Shown one piece after another: positions 29,505 through 41,221 of a stretch of DNA of 64,000 bases. Position numbers and translations under genes: made by a program. The notes under the pieces are model-generated. The model saw only the letters and a program-made list of their open reading frames with translations. It had not been told where the DNA came from and did no database searches. Source of the DNA: Verrucomicrobiota bacterium (lineage in GTDB: Bacteria > Verrucomicrobiota > Verrucomicrobiia > Limisphaerales > Palsa-1400); assembly GCA_049510745.1 (NCBI GenBank), contig JBEKYR010000009.1, positions 83,487 through 147,486 on the forward strand. The letters are read 5' to 3'. Every line of letters begins with the position of its first letter. Position 1 is the stretch's first letter.

Positions 29505-31325
29505 ATGGCGCGCTATTCACGCAATGACCAGGCGGGTATCGAGCTGCCGAAGGCGGAGCTGAGTCGGGAGAATCTCAAGCAGGCGTTGGAGCTGTTCCGG
29601 TATCTGCGTCCTTACCGGGTCCGGTTCAGCGCCGCCTTGGCATCCTTGTTTGCCTCCAGCCTGTTGAGTCTGTCGTTCCCTTACCTGGCGGGGAGCATCA
29701 TCGACGCTGCCCTGCATCACGCCCAAGGCGGCGCCAGCATGGCCGGCGCGGATCGAACGGCGCTCCTGCTGATGGGCATCCTGGCGCTGCAAGCCGGCTT
29801 CTCCTTCTTCCAGTCCCTCTCGTTTGCCACCGCCGGCCAACGCAGCCTGGTCGATTTGCGCCGCGATACCTACGCGAGATTGATTTCGCTGCCCATGACG
29901 TTTTTCGCCCAACGCCGCGTGGGCGAGCTGGCCAGCCGTCTTTCCAGCGACCTGATTCAGATTGAAGACACCTTGATCGCCATCCTGCCCCAGTTTCTTC
30001 GCCAAACCACCATCCTGATCGGCGGCATCGCCCTGATCGCCGTCACTTCGCTGCAATTGACAGGCATCATGCTCGCCAGCCTTCCGGTAATAATCGTGGC
30101 GGCTGTGGTTTTCGGCCGCAAGACGCGCAAGATTTCCCGCGAAGCGCAGGATCGCCTGGCCGATACGGCCACGATCGTCGAGGAAACCCTGCAAGGCATC
30201 TTGAATGTGAAGGCCTTTTCCAACGAAGGTTACGAACTCAATCGCTACCACGATGGACTGGGATCATTTCTGGCCACCACCTTGCGCGGCGCCCGGCTGC
30301 GCGCGGCGTTCGTCGCCTTCATCGTCTTCGCCTTGTTCGGTTTCATCGTGCTGGTGCTCTGGTCGGGGGCGCGGCTTCTGCAACAGGGTGAAATCTCCTT
30401 CGGCCAACTCACCCGTTTCGGTCTCTACACGGCCTTTGTGGCTGGAGCGATGGGCCAATTTGCCGAGTTATACAGCCAGATCCAAAAGGCCATCGGAGCC
30501 ACCCAGCGAGTTCGGGAACTCCTCCGGGAAACGGGTGAAGTGGAGGTTCACTTGGGTCCCGCGCCGCCCTCCACCTTGCCGCGGCTGCGAGGCGATATCG
30601 TGTTTGAGAACGTCCATTTCAGCTACCCTTCGCGACAAGGGGTCGAAGTTCTTCACGCGATCAACCTCGCCGCAAGTTCCGGACAAAGGATCGCGCTCGT
30701 CGGCCCGAGCGGCGCCGGCAAATCCACCCTCATCTCGCTGTTGCTTCGTCTCTATGACCCGTCGAGCGGGCGCGTATTGATCGACGGTCGGGACGCGCGC
30801 GACTACCGGCTCGCCGAACTGCGCGGCCAAATGTCCATGGTGCCGCAGGAGGTGTTGCTCTTCGGCGGAAGCATCGCGGAAAACATCGCCTACGGAAAGC
30901 CGGGCGCCAGCGCGGAAGAAATCGAACAAGCCGCCCGGCAGGCCAACGCGCACGAGTTCATCCAGGCCTTTCCCGAACGTTACGCCACGCTGGTGGGCGA
31001 CCGCGGCATCAAACTCTCAGGCGGCCAGCGTCAACGCGTCGCCATTGCGCGCGCCATCCTGAAGAATCCAGCCGTCCTCATTCTGGATGAAGCCACCAGT
31101 TCCCTGGATTCGGAGAGCGAACGGCTGATTCAGGAAGCGCTGGAAACTCTGATGCGCGGGCGCACTTCGTTTATCATCGCTCACCGGCTCGCCACCGTGC
31201 GGCATGTGGATCGAATCATCGTCATCGACGGCGGACGTGTCGTGGAATCCGGCACACACGAGGAACTGCAAGCCGTTGCGGACGGCACTTACCGACGCCT
31301 CGCCGCCCTGCAATTCCGCCAGTGA
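29505..31325 (+). CDS. ABC exporter, fused permease/ATPase (MsbA-like)
   Basis: TM domain, GPSGAGKST, LSGGQRQR, DEATSSLD and AHRL motifs. Confidence 0.93.
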   Translation: MARYSRNDQAGIELPKAELSRENLKQALELFRYLRPYRVRFSAALASLFASSLLSLSFPYLAGSIIDAALHHAQGGASMAGADRTALLLMGILALQAGFSFFQSLSFATAGQRSLVDLRRDTYARLISLPMTFFAQRRVGELASRLSSDLIQIEDTLIAILPQFLRQTTILIGGIALIAVTSLQLTGIMLASLPVIIVAAVVFGRKTRKISREAQDRLADTATIVEETLQGILNVKAFSNEGYELNRYHDGLGSFLATTLRGARLRAAFVAFIVFALFGFIVLVLWSGARLLQQGEISFGQLTRFGLYTAFVAGAMGQFAELYSQIQKAIGATQRVRELLRETGEVEVHLGPAPPSTLPRLRGDIVFENVHFSYPSRQGVEVLHAINLAASSGQRIALVGPSGAGKSTLISLLLRLYDPSSGRVLIDGRDARDYRLAELRGQMSMVPQEVLLFGGSIAENIAYGKPGASAEEIEQAARQANAHEFIQAFPERYATLVGDRGIKLSGGQRQRVAIARAILKNPAVLILDEATSSLDSESERLIQEALETLMRGRTSFIIAHRLATVRHVDRIIVIDGGRVVESGTHEELQAVADGTYRRLAALQFRQ

Positions 31326-31393
31326 GGTTGAAAAGATGCCGGATTTGACTTCCGTTTTCCGGGGCTTTGCCGTAAAAACGGGATTGAGCAGTT

Positions 31394-32632
31394 ATGGCGG
31401 GCAACCCAAACATACCCGGCGGAACTCCGCCGGAACAACGCCCGGCGCGCGCTGGTGAAGCGAAGGCCGCCGCCACTATCGCCGAACCTCCCCTCCCCTC
31501 CAGCAAACCGCTGCAAATCTTTTTGCTCGTCGCTTTTGTCATCACCGGCGCGGCCTATGTGGTGGATCAATGGAATGAGTACCGAATCAGCCAGATGCAG
31601 GCCAGGCACCCGAGCAAACTCAGGCGCCTGGTGCAAGGTCAAAACGCCTTTCTGGCACACGTTCAAACCGGCGACAACGCCTTTGCCAAAAAACAGCTCG
31701 ACCAGGCGGTCTCCGAATATCGCCTCGCCTTGCAGGGTCAGAACCAGGCCGAGGGCCACCAGAAACTCGGCCAAGCCTTGCTCCAACAGGGCAACCCCGA
31801 GGCGGCTTTCGCGCAGTTCAAGGAAGCCCTCCGCCTTAATCCGCGCCTGACCGAGGTCTATTGCGTCTGGGGGCAGGCGCTGATCCCCCAGGGAAAGACC
31901 GACGAAGCCGTGCGCCTTTACCTGGACGCCCTCCAGCACAATCCCGATTCCGGCGTGCTCCATTACAATCTCGCCGTCGCCTTGCAGGACAAGCAACGGA
32001 ACGTCGAGGCCGCCCGTCGCGTGGCCGTCGCGTCGGGCAGAAGCGAGGAAGCCAATGCGGACGCCGGCGAGGCCCGCCGCCTGGCAACGGAAGCCCTGCA
32101 ACATTATTCCAAGGCCAGCCGCATGGGGATGAATTCGCCGGCCTTTTGGTGCGGCTTCGGGGAGCTGCTCAATCAACAAGGCAAATTTGCCGACGCGGAG
32201 ACCTCTCTCACCCGCGCCGTCGCGGCGGACTCCTCCCTGGCCCGCGCGCATACCGAACTGGCCCTGGCCCAACGGCGCCAGGGCAAATTTGCCGACGCCA
32301 TCGCCCATTACGAAAAAGCGCTCACGCTGACCCCTGACGACCCCGCCATCCTCGATAACCTGGCGCTGATCTACGCCACCGCAACCAACTCCGAAGTCTT
32401 CAGCCCAAAAATGGCCGTGCAACTGGCGACCCGCGCCTGCGACGCCACCACCAGCCAAAACGCCCGCTTCATGGACACTTTGGCCCGCAGTTACGCGGCC
32501 GACGGCGATTTCTTGCAGGCCATTTCATGGGAAGACAAGGCCCTCCACCGCGCCTGGCAGTTGGGCGATCATGACTTGGAACGCGAGTTGCAGACCCGCT
32601 ACAACCTCTTCCTCATGCACAAGACGGAATAG
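31394..32632 (+). CDS. Membrane-anchored tetratricopeptide repeat protein
   Basis: N-terminal TM helix, multiple TPR motifs, NLALIYAT...DTLA..YAA.G tail. Confidence 0.85.
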   Translation: MAGNPNIPGGTPPEQRPARAGEAKAAATIAEPPLPSSKPLQIFLLVAFVITGAAYVVDQWNEYRISQMQARHPSKLRRLVQGQNAFLAHVQTGDNAFAKKQLDQAVSEYRLALQGQNQAEGHQKLGQALLQQGNPEAAFAQFKEALRLNPRLTEVYCVWGQALIPQGKTDEAVRLYLDALQHNPDSGVLHYNLAVALQDKQRNVEAARRVAVASGRSEEANADAGEARRLATEALQHYSKASRMGMNSPAFWCGFGELLNQQGKFADAETSLTRAVAADSSLARAHTELALAQRRQGKFADAIAHYEKALTLTPDDPAILDNLALIYATATNSEVFSPKMAVQLATRACDATTSQNARFMDTLARSYAADGDFLQAISWEDKALHRAWQLGDHDLERELQTRYNLFLMHKTE

Positions 32633-32663
32633 CCGCGGCCCCGCCGGAAATCACCCCGCAACC

Positions 32664-32900
32664 TCACAGCCGGCTATGGCTGCCATCGCAGAAGGGTTTG
32701 TTATTGGAATGCTTGCAGCCGCACCAGGCAACGGTCTTGGCCGTGGCGATTTCCGCTTTGATGGGAGAGAATCCGGTGCCTTTATGTGATCCGTCGCAAA
32801 AGGGCTGCGACGCCGACTTTCCGCAGGCGCACCACCAATACGTGCCCGGTTCGGTCTTTTGCACAATGGGAGTTTTCTGGTAAATGACTGGATCGCTCAT
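32664..32900 (-). CDS. CDGSH iron-sulfur domain protein
   Basis: Two CxC...PFCDGSH motifs. Confidence 0.93.
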   Translation of the reverse strand: MSDPVIYQKTPIVQKTEPGTYWWCACGKSASQPFCDGSHKGTGFSPIKAEIATAKTVAWCGCKHSNNKPFCDGSHSRL

Positions 32901-32954
32901 GTCATCTCTTATAGCCGCAGCCGGCGGAGGCGGCAAACGAAAACTCGCCGCCGG

Positions 32955-34187
32955 TCATTTCCGGCGGGTCCCATGCACTTGCGCCGCCACCCTTAACCGC
33001 AGGCCGTTCAGGCGAATGAAGCCGGTGGCGTCGTCTTGGTTATAGGCCCGGGTCGGGTCGGCCTCCATCGTGGCGATGTGCGGGTTGTAGAGGCTGACGG
33101 GCGATTTGCGGCCGGCGTTGATGATGTTGCCTTTGTAGAGCTTGATCCGCACGGTGCCGGTGACGTTCTTCTGGCTCTCCTGCACCAGCGCCTGCAAGGC
33201 GTAACGCTCCGGTGAAAACCAATAGCCGTAATAGACCAATTCCCCATACTTGGGAATGAGCGAGTCGCGCAAGTGCATCACCTCGCGGTCCATCGTGATG
33301 CTTTCCATCTGGCGGTGCGCGAAGTGCAAAATGGCGCCGCCCGGCGTCTCGTAAACGCCGCGCGACTTCATCCCCACGTAACGGTTCTCCACCAGGTCCA
33401 CCCGGCCCACTCCGTGTTTGCCCCCCAGTTTGTTCAACGTTTTCATCACGCCCAACGGCGTCAGTTTCCTGCCGTTGACCGCCACGGCATTGCCTTGCTC
33501 GAAATCCAGCGTGACATATTCCGGCCGGCCGGGGGCGTCTTCGGGCGAAACGCTCAGTTTGTACATGCCCTTGTGTTCCGGGGCCGAGGCATCCAGCCAC
33601 GGGTCCTCCAAAATGCCCGCCTCGAACGAAATGTGGAGAAGGTTGCGGTCCATTGAATACGGCTTTTTGGCCGTGGCCTGAACGGGGATGCCTTTTTCCT
33701 CGCAGTAGCGGATCATCTCCGCCCGTCCGGGAAATTGCGCGCGAAAGGCCGCGTCCCGCCAGGGGGCGATGACCCGCAATTCCGGCGCCAGCGCCGCCGC
33801 CGTCAACTCGAACCGCACCTGGTCGTTGCCCTTGCCCGTCGCGCCGTGGGCGATGGCGTCGGCCTTTTCCCGGCGCGCGATTTCGATCATGCGCTTGGCG
33901 ATGAGGGGGCGGGCGATGCTGGTGCCCAGAAAATACTGGTTCTCATAAACGGCCCCCGCCTGCATCATGGGAAAAATGAAATCGCGCGCGAACTCCTCCT
34001 GGAGATCGTCGATATAAACTTTTGCCGCCCCGGTTTTGAGCGCCTTTTTTTCCAGGCCCTTGAGTTCCTCCTCCTGGCCGATGTCGGCGCAGAAGGCGAT
34101 CATTTGGGCGTCGTATTTTTCCTTGATCCAGGAAAGGAGGACCGACGTGTCCAATCCCCCCGAGTAAGCGAGCACAATTTTCATCAA
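32955..34187 (-). CDS. argG: Argininosuccinate synthase
   Basis: [23 protein letters not shown] and [10 protein letters not shown] motifs. Confidence 0.97.
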   Translation of the reverse strand: MMKIVLAYSGGLDTSVLLSWIKEKYDAQMIAFCADIGQEEELKGLEKKALKTGAAKVYIDDLQEEFARDFIFPMMQAGAVYENQYFLGTSIARPLIAKRMIEIARREKADAIAHGATGKGNDQVRFELTAAALAPELRVIAPWRDAAFRAQFPGRAEMIRYCEEKGIPVQATAKKPYSMDRNLLHISFEAGILEDPWLDASAPEHKGMYKLSVSPEDAPGRPEYVTLDFEQGNAVAVNGRKLTPLGVMKTLNKLGGKHGVGRVDLVENRYVGMKSRGVYETPGGAILHFAHRQMESITMDREVMHLRDSLIPKYGELVYYGYWFSPERYALQALVQESQKNVTGTVRIKLYKGNIINAGRKSPVSLYNPHIATMEADPTRAYNQDDATGFIRLNGLRLRVAAQVHGTRRK

Positions 34188-34248
34188 GCGCCATTAAACC
34201 GCTCTTGGGGGCGGGAATAAAGTCGAAAGTTTTTTGGTCCCGGGGGTG

Positions 34249-34989
34249 TCAGCGCCCTTCGACCTGCAGGAGTTTGGTGCGCTTTTTCAGGAATCGCAAG
34301 GTGGCGAAAACAACGAAACTTCCCAGGAACACGGCAAACCAGGCGGGGTCAAGCTTCAAACGTTTCTCCGCCACGGAATCGCCCAGCAAATCCAGGAGAA
34401 AAAAGACGGCCACAATCAGGAAGAAGGCGTTGTATTCCCGTTCCAGGACTGTGCGCCAACAAAACGGGAGCGGGGACGGTTTCCATCCCGTGAACCTGGG
34501 AATGAAGGCGGGAGTGGCCGCGGCCCATTGCTCGAAACGCGGTCCGAACTGCTCGCGCAAGAAAGCCTCCTCCGCCATCATGATGCGCTCGTAATAGAGG
34601 GCGTACACGCAGCTCACCAGGAGCACCAGCCACCAGACGTGGAAGAACAGGGTGAAGCCAAGCATGATGAGGTAATTGCCCAGGTAAAGAGGATGGCGGA
34701 CGATGGAATACATGCCGGTGGTGGACAGGCTGTAAGCGACCTGCTGGCGCGTATTGCGCCCGGAGGTGCCGGCCGGCGCCCGGCCCACGGTGATGATGCG
34801 CACGGCCAGGCCGGCCAACGACACCAGCAGGCAGACGATCTGCCACCATTCATTGATCTGGTGGCTTCCGCAGAGGTAGTGGTAAGTGATCAGGCTGGCG
34901 GCGAAAAGAGGCAGGCAGAGGAGAGGAAGAAAACTGCGGTGGCGAAAGAGCCACGAACCGGACTTTTCAAGCTCGTTGCGTAATGACAT
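34249..34989 (-). CDS. ICMT/PEMT family membrane methyltransferase (lipid A phosphate methyltransferase-like)
   Basis: GTSGRNT, TTGMYSIVRHPLYLGN and EEAFLREQFG motifs. Confidence 0.8.
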   Translation of the reverse strand: MSLRNELEKSGSWLFRHRSFLPLLCLPLFAASLITYHYLCGSHQINEWWQIVCLLVSLAGLAVRIITVGRAPAGTSGRNTRQQVAYSLSTTGMYSIVRHPLYLGNYLIMLGFTLFFHVWWLVLLVSCVYALYYERIMMAEEAFLREQFGPRFEQWAAATPAFIPRFTGWKPSPLPFCWRTVLEREYNAFFLIVAVFFLLDLLGDSVAEKRLKLDPAWFAVFLGSFVVFATLRFLKKRTKLLQVEGR

Positions 34990-35060
34990 GAATTTGACTC
35001 ACTCTGCCCGACGTTGGAGCCTGGGCGCGGCGGAGTCGAGGAAAAAGGCGCGGCGCCGGG

Positions 35061-36071
35061 TCATGCGGCGACGGGGGTTTTCAGGTCGGCAAAGACGATG
35101 ATGCCGGCGCCGGTTTGGAGGACGCTGAGGACTTTGACGCTGACTTGCTGGCCAATCATAGTTTGGGCGTTGTTGATGACCACCATCGTGCCGTCGTTGA
35201 GATAGGCAACGCCCTGGCCCCGGTCCTTGCCTTCGCGCACCACGCGCAAAGTGAACACTTCGCCGGGCAGGATGACCGGCTTCAAGGCGTTGGCCAGTTC
35301 GTTGAGGTTGACGCACGGGACGGATTGCAGCTCGGCCACTTTGGCCAGGTTGTAGTCGTTGGTGTAGAGCTTGGCCCCCAGGGCGCGGGCCAGGCGGACC
35401 AGTTTGGCATCCACTTCCGGTTCCTCCGGAAAATCGGCTTCGTGGATTTTCACTTCGTTGCGTTTGTTGTGCCGCAGGCGGGTGAGCATCTCCAGGCCGC
35501 GACGTCCGCGGGCGCGGATCACGGGGTCGTTGGAATCGGCGATCTTCTGCAATTCGTGCAGGACGAATTGCGGGACGACCAGCGTGCCCTCGATGAAATT
35601 GGCTTCGAGCAGGTCGGCGATGCGTCCGTCAATAATAACGCTGGTATCGAGCAGAAGGAGGTTTTCCGGCTTGGACTGGGAGGCAAAGCGGACGTAGGGG
35701 ATGACGAGGGAGAAATCCTCCTTGTTGCTGCGCATGGCCAGCACCATGCCCAGGTAGCCGAAACTCAGGAACAAGGCCAGCCGGATGACCCGGCGCTGGG
35801 GTTCGTCGCTGTCGGCAAAGAGGCCGGAGCGGTCAATCAGGCTGGCGACCACGGTGCCCAGGAAGAGGCCGAAAGTGACGGCGGAAAAGGCCCGCAGGGA
35901 AAAGCCCTTGAGCATCTCATCCAGGGCGACACACAAGGCGCCCATGCCAAAGCCGATGACGCAGCCGCGAAAGCCGCTGGTGATCCAGTCCGGCTGCACC
36001 TGGCTGACCTCGTAGCCGGCGACGACGCACAGCGTCAAGAACAGAACTCGGATGGACCAGAGGGATCGCAT
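35061..36071 (-). CDS. Membrane-anchored PIN/TRAM domain protein (YacL-like)
   Basis: LDTSVIIDGRI, RGRRGL, TNDYNL and GVAYLNDGTMVV motifs. Confidence 0.9.
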   Translation of the reverse strand: MRSLWSIRVLFLTLCVVAGYEVSQVQPDWITSGFRGCVIGFGMGALCVALDEMLKGFSLRAFSAVTFGLFLGTVVASLIDRSGLFADSDEPQRRVIRLALFLSFGYLGMVLAMRSNKEDFSLVIPYVRFASQSKPENLLLLDTSVIIDGRIADLLEANFIEGTLVVPQFVLHELQKIADSNDPVIRARGRRGLEMLTRLRHNKRNEVKIHEADFPEEPEVDAKLVRLARALGAKLYTNDYNLAKVAELQSVPCVNLNELANALKPVILPGEVFTLRVVREGKDRGQGVAYLNDGTMVVINNAQTMIGQQVSVKVLSVLQTGAGIIVFADLKTPVAA

Positions 36072-36096
36072 GGGGAAGGGTTGGAGGCCGGCGGTT

Positions 36097-37089
36097 TCAG
36101 CGGGCCGGCGCCGGGCTCCTTTCGGTCGGTTTTGGCGTCCATAACATCCGCCAGAGGCCGCGCTGGTTGAGATTGCTGCCAAAGGCGCTGAAGGCCGTGG
36201 CCGTGGCGCTGGCGTTGCTCAGAAGCGAGGTCAATTGGGCTTTCATCTCTTGATCTTTTAACAGGCCGCCGGCCAGTCCCTGGCCGGCTTGCAAACCGGA
36301 AGCAAGCTGCTTGAAGGAAGCCGAGGTGTCACGCAGATTCTTCACCGCGTCGGACACGTCGCCGCGGTTGGTCAGGATGACCTGGTCCAGTTCGTCGGCC
36401 ATGAGGTTGAGCTTTTCGGAAAGGACGCGGAGATTGGTGACGGCTTGGGCGACGGGGGGGGAGTTGGAATGGATCAAATCCTCCACCTCTTGCGCGACCT
36501 TGACGGCAATTTCCGTAACGGATTGGAAATTGCTCAAGGAGAGGGCGAAATTGGTCAGGGTCTGGTCGGAGAGGAGGGTGCGGTTGACGTTGGTAATGGC
36601 GAGATCGACGTCTTTCATCGTTTGCCTGGCTTGATCCAGGAGGCCGGCGGTCGAGCGCACCGCTTCCTGCATGTTGAAGGGCGCCTCGCCCATGACGATG
36701 TCGCCCTCCCGCAGAATGTCGGCGGCGGGCGCGGCCGTTGGCGGCGGGGGGGACACTTCGATGTATTGGTCGCCCAGGAAGCCAAGGGCGTCGATGTGGA
36801 AGACGGCGTTTTTGCGGATTTTGTATTTGGAGAGGAGGCGCACGGTGACCTGAACGGACTTGCCTTCGGGACCCAATTCCACGGCGGAGACCTTGCCGAT
36901 GGGCACGCCGGCCATCATGACATCGGCGGCCGGCTTGAGGCCGGCGGTGGTCGGCATGGTGACGCGCAGGTGGTAAGTGGAACTGAACAGGGTGATGCCG
37001 CGGCTGAAGTTGAGGATGAGCAAGGCAACCAGAGCCAGGCCAACGGCGACGAACACGCCAACTTTGTATTCAATATGTGAATCGTTCAT
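36097..37089 (-). CDS. mlaD: MCE/MlaD family protein
   Basis: KVGVFV TM anchor; GL...ADV.MAGV.IGKV and GFLGDQYIEV motifs. Confidence 0.85.
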   Translation of the reverse strand: MNDSHIEYKVGVFVAVGLALVALLILNFSRGITLFSSTYHLRVTMPTTAGLKPAADVMMAGVPIGKVSAVELGPEGKSVQVTVRLLSKYKIRKNAVFHIDALGFLGDQYIEVSPPPPTAAPAADILREGDIVMGEAPFNMQEAVRSTAGLLDQARQTMKDVDLAITNVNRTLLSDQTLTNFALSLSNFQSVTEIAVKVAQEVEDLIHSNSPPVAQAVTNLRVLSEKLNLMADELDQVILTNRGDVSDAVKNLRDTSASFKQLASGLQAGQGLAGGLLKDQEMKAQLTSLLSNASATATAFSAFGSNLNQRGLWRMLWTPKPTERSPAPAR

Positions 37090-37838
37090 AGGACAAAAGG
37101 TTCCCGCGGGTCGTAAATCCCGTTGACAAACCGGTAAATCACCGGGTCGGTCGATTTGAAAAGATCGTCGGGCGATTGATCGGCATAAATGCGGCCCTGA
37201 TGCAGCAGCAGGATGCGGCGGCCGATGCGCCGGGCGCTGCGCATGTCGTGGGTGACGGCGATGGAGGTGACTTTGAATGTCTCCACCACGCGCATGATCA
37301 ATTGGTCGATGGCGTCGGCGGCGATCGGGTCCAAGCCGGTGGTCGGCTCGTCATAGAGGAGAATCTCCGGGCGGTAAATGATGGCGCGGGCCAGGCCGAC
37401 CCGTTTGCGCATGCCGCCGGAGAGTTCGCCCGGCCATTTTTTTTCGGTGCCGGCCAGCCCGACCAAATCGAGGACCTCGGCCACGCGCCCGGAGATTTCC
37501 GAGGGGGAATGGTTCCGTTCGCGGTTGAGAATGAAGGCGATGTTCTGCTCGACGGTCAAGGAGTCGAAGAGGGCGGCGCCCTGGAAAAGCATGCCGAACT
37601 TGCGGCGGACCTGGAGCAACTGCCGCTCGTCCAGGCCGGCGATGCTGCGGCCCTCGATGGACACGTCCCCCGCGTCGGGCCTGAGCAGGCCGATGAGGTG
37701 CTTGAGCAGGATGCTTTTGCCGCCGCCGCTGGCGCCGATGATGGCCAGGGCCTCGCCTTTGCGGACGGAGAAGCTCACGCCCTGAAGCACGCGCAACGGG
37801 CCAAAGCTCTTTTTCAAATCGCGCACCTCGATCATCAT
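37086..37838 (-). CDS. mlaF: MlaF family ABC ATP-binding protein
   Basis: GASGGGKS, FQGAALFDSL, LSGGMRKRV and YDEPTTGLDP motifs. Confidence 0.88.
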   Translation of the reverse strand: MMIEVRDLKKSFGPLRVLQGVSFSVRKGEALAIIGASGGGKSILLKHLIGLLRPDAGDVSIEGRSIAGLDERQLLQVRRKFGMLFQGAALFDSLTVEQNIAFILNRERNHSPSEISGRVAEVLDLVGLAGTEKKWPGELSGGMRKRVGLARAIIYRPEILLYDEPTTGLDPIAADAIDQLIMRVVETFKVTSIAVTHDMRSARRIGRRILLLHQGRIYADQSPDDLFKSTDPVIYRFVNGIYDPREPFVL

Positions 37839-38611
37839 GCGGCCAGCAAATGGTTGAGCAGCATTGTCAAAAAGAAATTAGTGACGAGAATGGAGATCGA
37901 CGAATAGACCACCGCCTCCGTCGTGGCGCGGCCCACCCCTTCGGCGCCCTGGGAGCAGTTCAACCCCTTGGAGCAGGCGACGACGGCGATGATGGCGCCG
38001 AAAACGAACGTTTTGATCATGCCGGTCATTATGTCCGCCATGTCCGTGTGGTGGAGCATGTTGTACCAGAGGCCGGCGGAATTGATGCCGAAGAGGAACA
38101 CGCCGACGATGTAGGCGGCCAGGATGCCCACGCAAACCGAACCGGCCGAGAGCAAGGGCATGACACCCATCATGGCCAGGAAACGCGGCACGACGAGATA
38201 ATCGACCGGGTGCGCGGCCAGGGTGCGGAGGGCGTCAATTTGCTCGGTCACGCGCATCGTGCCCAGTTCCGCGGCGATGGCCGCGCCGACGCGCCCGGCG
38301 ACCATCAGGCCGGTCAGCACGGGGCCCAGCTCGCTGCCCATGCCGACGCTGACGACGGCGAGGCTGGCGGTGTCCATCTTGACCTTGTGGAACTGGATAT
38401 AGGCCTGGAGGCAGAGGACCATGCCGGTAAAGGCGCCGGTGATGGCGACGACGGACTGGGATTTGACGCCGATGAAATACATTTCGTCCAGAACGTCGTG
38501 CCAGACGGGCTTGACCTTGCAGAGGGAGGAGAAGATGTCGCGGCAAAGAATCGCGCCGCGCCCGAGGCCGCAGACCCATTCGCGGACAAATTGTCTGGCC
38601 AAACTTGTCAT
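37835..38611 (-). CDS. mlaE: MlaE family ABC permease
   Basis: ELGPVLTGLMVAGRVG, AELGTMRVTEQIDAL and GAEGVGRATT motifs. Confidence 0.9.
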   Translation of the reverse strand: MTSLARQFVREWVCGLGRGAILCRDIFSSLCKVKPVWHDVLDEMYFIGVKSQSVVAITGAFTGMVLCLQAYIQFHKVKMDTASLAVVSVGMGSELGPVLTGLMVAGRVGAAIAAELGTMRVTEQIDALRTLAAHPVDYLVVPRFLAMMGVMPLLSAGSVCVGILAAYIVGVFLFGINSAGLWYNMLHHTDMADIMTGMIKTFVFGAIIAVVACSKGLNCSQGAEGVGRATTEAVVYSSISILVTNFFLTMLLNHLLAA

Positions 38612-38695
38612 AACACGGGGACCACAGTAAGCCCTGCCCGGTGAATTTACCAGCGTCGGATTGAGCCGCCGGCGGGAGGGCGCCGGCCAGAGATT

Positions 38696-41203
38696 CTAAC
38701 TGGAGAGAGCCTTGGGGGCGGCGGAGACGTTTTGTTTGAACACCAGTTTGCCCTCCTCGACCGTGACCGACACCGGCTCGTTGGGGTGAAGATTGCCTTT
38801 GAGAATCTCCTCGGCCAACGGGTCTTCCAAAAAGCGCTCGACCGACCGGCGCATGGGGCGGGCGCCGTAAGTGGGGTCGTACCCTTTGTCAACCAGAAAA
38901 TCCTTGGCCGTCTGGTCCAGCAGCAACTCCAGTTGCCTGGCTTTGAGACGCCCGATCACCTTCGAGATTTCCAGGTCCAGAATCTCCAGCAAATCGGCCT
39001 TGGTCAGCGACCGGAAGACGATGGCGTCGTCCAGCCGGTTGAGGAATTCCGGGCGAAACACCTTCTTGGCTTCGTCCATGATTTTCTCCTTCATCTTGTC
39101 GTAGCTGTGCTCGTCGCTGATGGGGGAGAAACCGAGGGTCGATTGCTTGCGGATGATGTCGGCCCCGACGTTGGAAGTCAGCAGGATGATGGTATTGCGG
39201 AAGTTGATGACGCGGCCGACGTTGTCCGTCAGTTTGCCTTCCTCCAAAATCTGCAAGAGCATGTTCATGACGTCGGGATGGGCCTTTTCAATCTCGTCGA
39301 ACAGCACGACCGAGTAAGGGCGGCGGCGGACTTGCTCGGTCAATTGGCCGCCCTCTTCGTAGCCGACGTATCCGGGCGGGGAGCCGACCATGCGGGAGGC
39401 GTTGTGGCGCTCCATGTATTCGCTCATGTCCAACTGGATCAGCGCCTTGGAGTCGCCAAAGAGCGTCTCGGCCAGCGATTTGGCCAGCAGCGTCTTGCCC
39501 ACGCCCGTCGGGCCGAGCAAGGCGAAGGTGCCGATGGGACGGCGCGGGTCTTTCAAATCGGCGCGGGAGCGGCGCAGGGCCTTGCACAAGGCGCCGACGG
39601 CTTCCTTTTGGCCGATGATCATGCGGGACATCTCCTCCTCCAGCGCCAGCAGGCGTTGGGCTTCGCCTTCCTCCATGCGCTTGAGCGGGATGCCGGTCCA
39701 TTTGGCGACGACCTGCAAAATATCTTCCTCGTCCACCGTGACGCGTTTTTCTTCGCGGCTGGCGCGCCAGGCGGCCAGGACGGCGTCCAACTTTTCCTTG
39801 GCTTGCTTTTCCTTGTCGCGCATGGAGGCGGCGCCTTCGAAGTCCTGGTCTTTGATCGCCCGCTCCTTCTGGCCCTTGATCTTTTCGATCTCGGCCTCCA
39901 GCACCTTGACTTCGGGCGGGCGGGTCATGGTGCCGATGCGGGCGCGCGAGCCGGCTTCATCCATCACGTCAATGGCTTTGTCGGGCAAATAACGGTCGGT
40001 GATATAACGGTCGGACATGCGCACGGCCGAGACGATGGCCTGGTCGGTGATTTCGGCCTTGTGATGCTCCTCGTATTTGGGGCGGAGGCCCTTGAGGATG
40101 AGGACGGCCTCATCGACGGAGGGGGCCTCGACTTTGACGGTCTGGAAGCGGCGTTCGAGGGCGGCGTCTTTCTCGATGTACTTGCGGTATTCGTTGAGGG
40201 TGGTGGCGCCGATGCACTGCATCTCGCCGCGGCTCAAGGCGGGCTTGATGATATTGGAGGCGTCCATGGTGCCCTCGGCCGAGCCGGCGCCGACAATGGT
40301 GTGCAATTCGTCAATAAAAAGAATGATGTTTTTCGCCCGGCGGATTTCGTCCATGACGGCTTTGATGCGTTCCTCAAATTGGCCGCGGTACTTGGTGCCG
40401 GCGACCATCAAGGCCAGGTCCAGGGTGATGACGCGCTTGTCGCGCAGCAGTTCGGGAACGTTGCCGCGGGCGATCTCCTGGGCCAATCCTTCGGCAATGG
40501 CGGTTTTTCCGACGCCGGCCTCGCCCAGCAGCACGGGGTTGTTCTTGGTGCGGCGGCAGAGAATCTGGATGACACGCTCGATTTCACTTTGGCGGCCAAT
40601 GACCGGGTCCATTTCGCCTTTGCGGGCGATTTCCGTCAGGTCCCGTCCGAAGGCCTTGAGGGCGGGAGTTTTGACTTCGCCCTTTTTCTCCGGGGCCTTT
40701 TCCGGGCCGGGATCGGAGGGAGCGCCGCCCGGGCCTTCTTCAGCGGTGAAATGCGGGTCCAATTCCTTCAAGATTTCCTGGCGCGTCTGTTCGATATCGA
40801 CATCGAGGTTCTTGAGGACCCGGGCGGCGACGCCGTCGCCTTCGCGCAACAGGCCCAGAAGGATGTGTTCGGTGCCGACGTAGGTGTGATTGAGGTTCTT
40901 GGCCTCTTTGGCGGCGAGCGCCAGGACTTTCTTGACGCGGGGCGTGTAGGGAAGGCTGCCGATCATTTTTGAATCGGGGCCGGTGCCGACCTGCTTTTCG
41001 ACTTCGAGACGGACGGTGTCGAGGTCCAAGCCGAGTTTTTGCAGGACGTTGACGGCGACGCCCTGGCCCAATTTGATCAGGCCGAGGAGGAGGTGCTCGG
41101 TGCCGACGAAATTGTGATTAAACCGGTCCGCCTCCTTGCGCGCCAGCGCCAGAACCTGCTGGGCGCGGGGCGTAAAGTTGTTCATGGCTGATTCTTCACT
41201 CAT
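38696..41203 (-). CDS. clpC: ATP-dependent Clp protease ATPase ClpC
   Basis: Clp-N repeats, two AAA+ modules ([16 protein letters not shown]) and UVR domain; lies downstream of mcsAB. Confidence 0.95.
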   Translation of the reverse strand: MSEESAMNNFTPRAQQVLALARKEADRFNHNFVGTEHLLLGLIKLGQGVAVNVLQKLGLDLDTVRLEVEKQVGTGPDSKMIGSLPYTPRVKKVLALAAKEAKNLNHTYVGTEHILLGLLREGDGVAARVLKNLDVDIEQTRQEILKELDPHFTAEEGPGGAPSDPGPEKAPEKKGEVKTPALKAFGRDLTEIARKGEMDPVIGRQSEIERVIQILCRRTKNNPVLLGEAGVGKTAIAEGLAQEIARGNVPELLRDKRVITLDLALMVAGTKYRGQFEERIKAVMDEIRRAKNIILFIDELHTIVGAGSAEGTMDASNIIKPALSRGEMQCIGATTLNEYRKYIEKDAALERRFQTVKVEAPSVDEAVLILKGLRPKYEEHHKAEITDQAIVSAVRMSDRYITDRYLPDKAIDVMDEAGSRARIGTMTRPPEVKVLEAEIEKIKGQKERAIKDQDFEGAASMRDKEKQAKEKLDAVLAAWRASREEKRVTVDEEDILQVVAKWTGIPLKRMEEGEAQRLLALEEEMSRMIIGQKEAVGALCKALRRSRADLKDPRRPIGTFALLGPTGVGKTLLAKSLAETLFGDSKALIQLDMSEYMERHNASRMVGSPPGYVGYEEGGQLTEQVRRRPYSVVLFDEIEKAHPDVMNMLLQILEEGKLTDNVGRVINFRNTIILLTSNVGADIIRKQSTLGFSPISDEHSYDKMKEKIMDEAKKVFRPEFLNRLDDAIVFRSLTKADLLEILDLEISKVIGRLKARQLELLLDQTAKDFLVDKGYDPTYGARPMRRSVERFLEDPLAEEILKGNLHPNEPVSVTVEEGKLVFKQNVSAAPKALSS

Positions 41204-41221
41204 GGCTACAGCTTGCGTCCG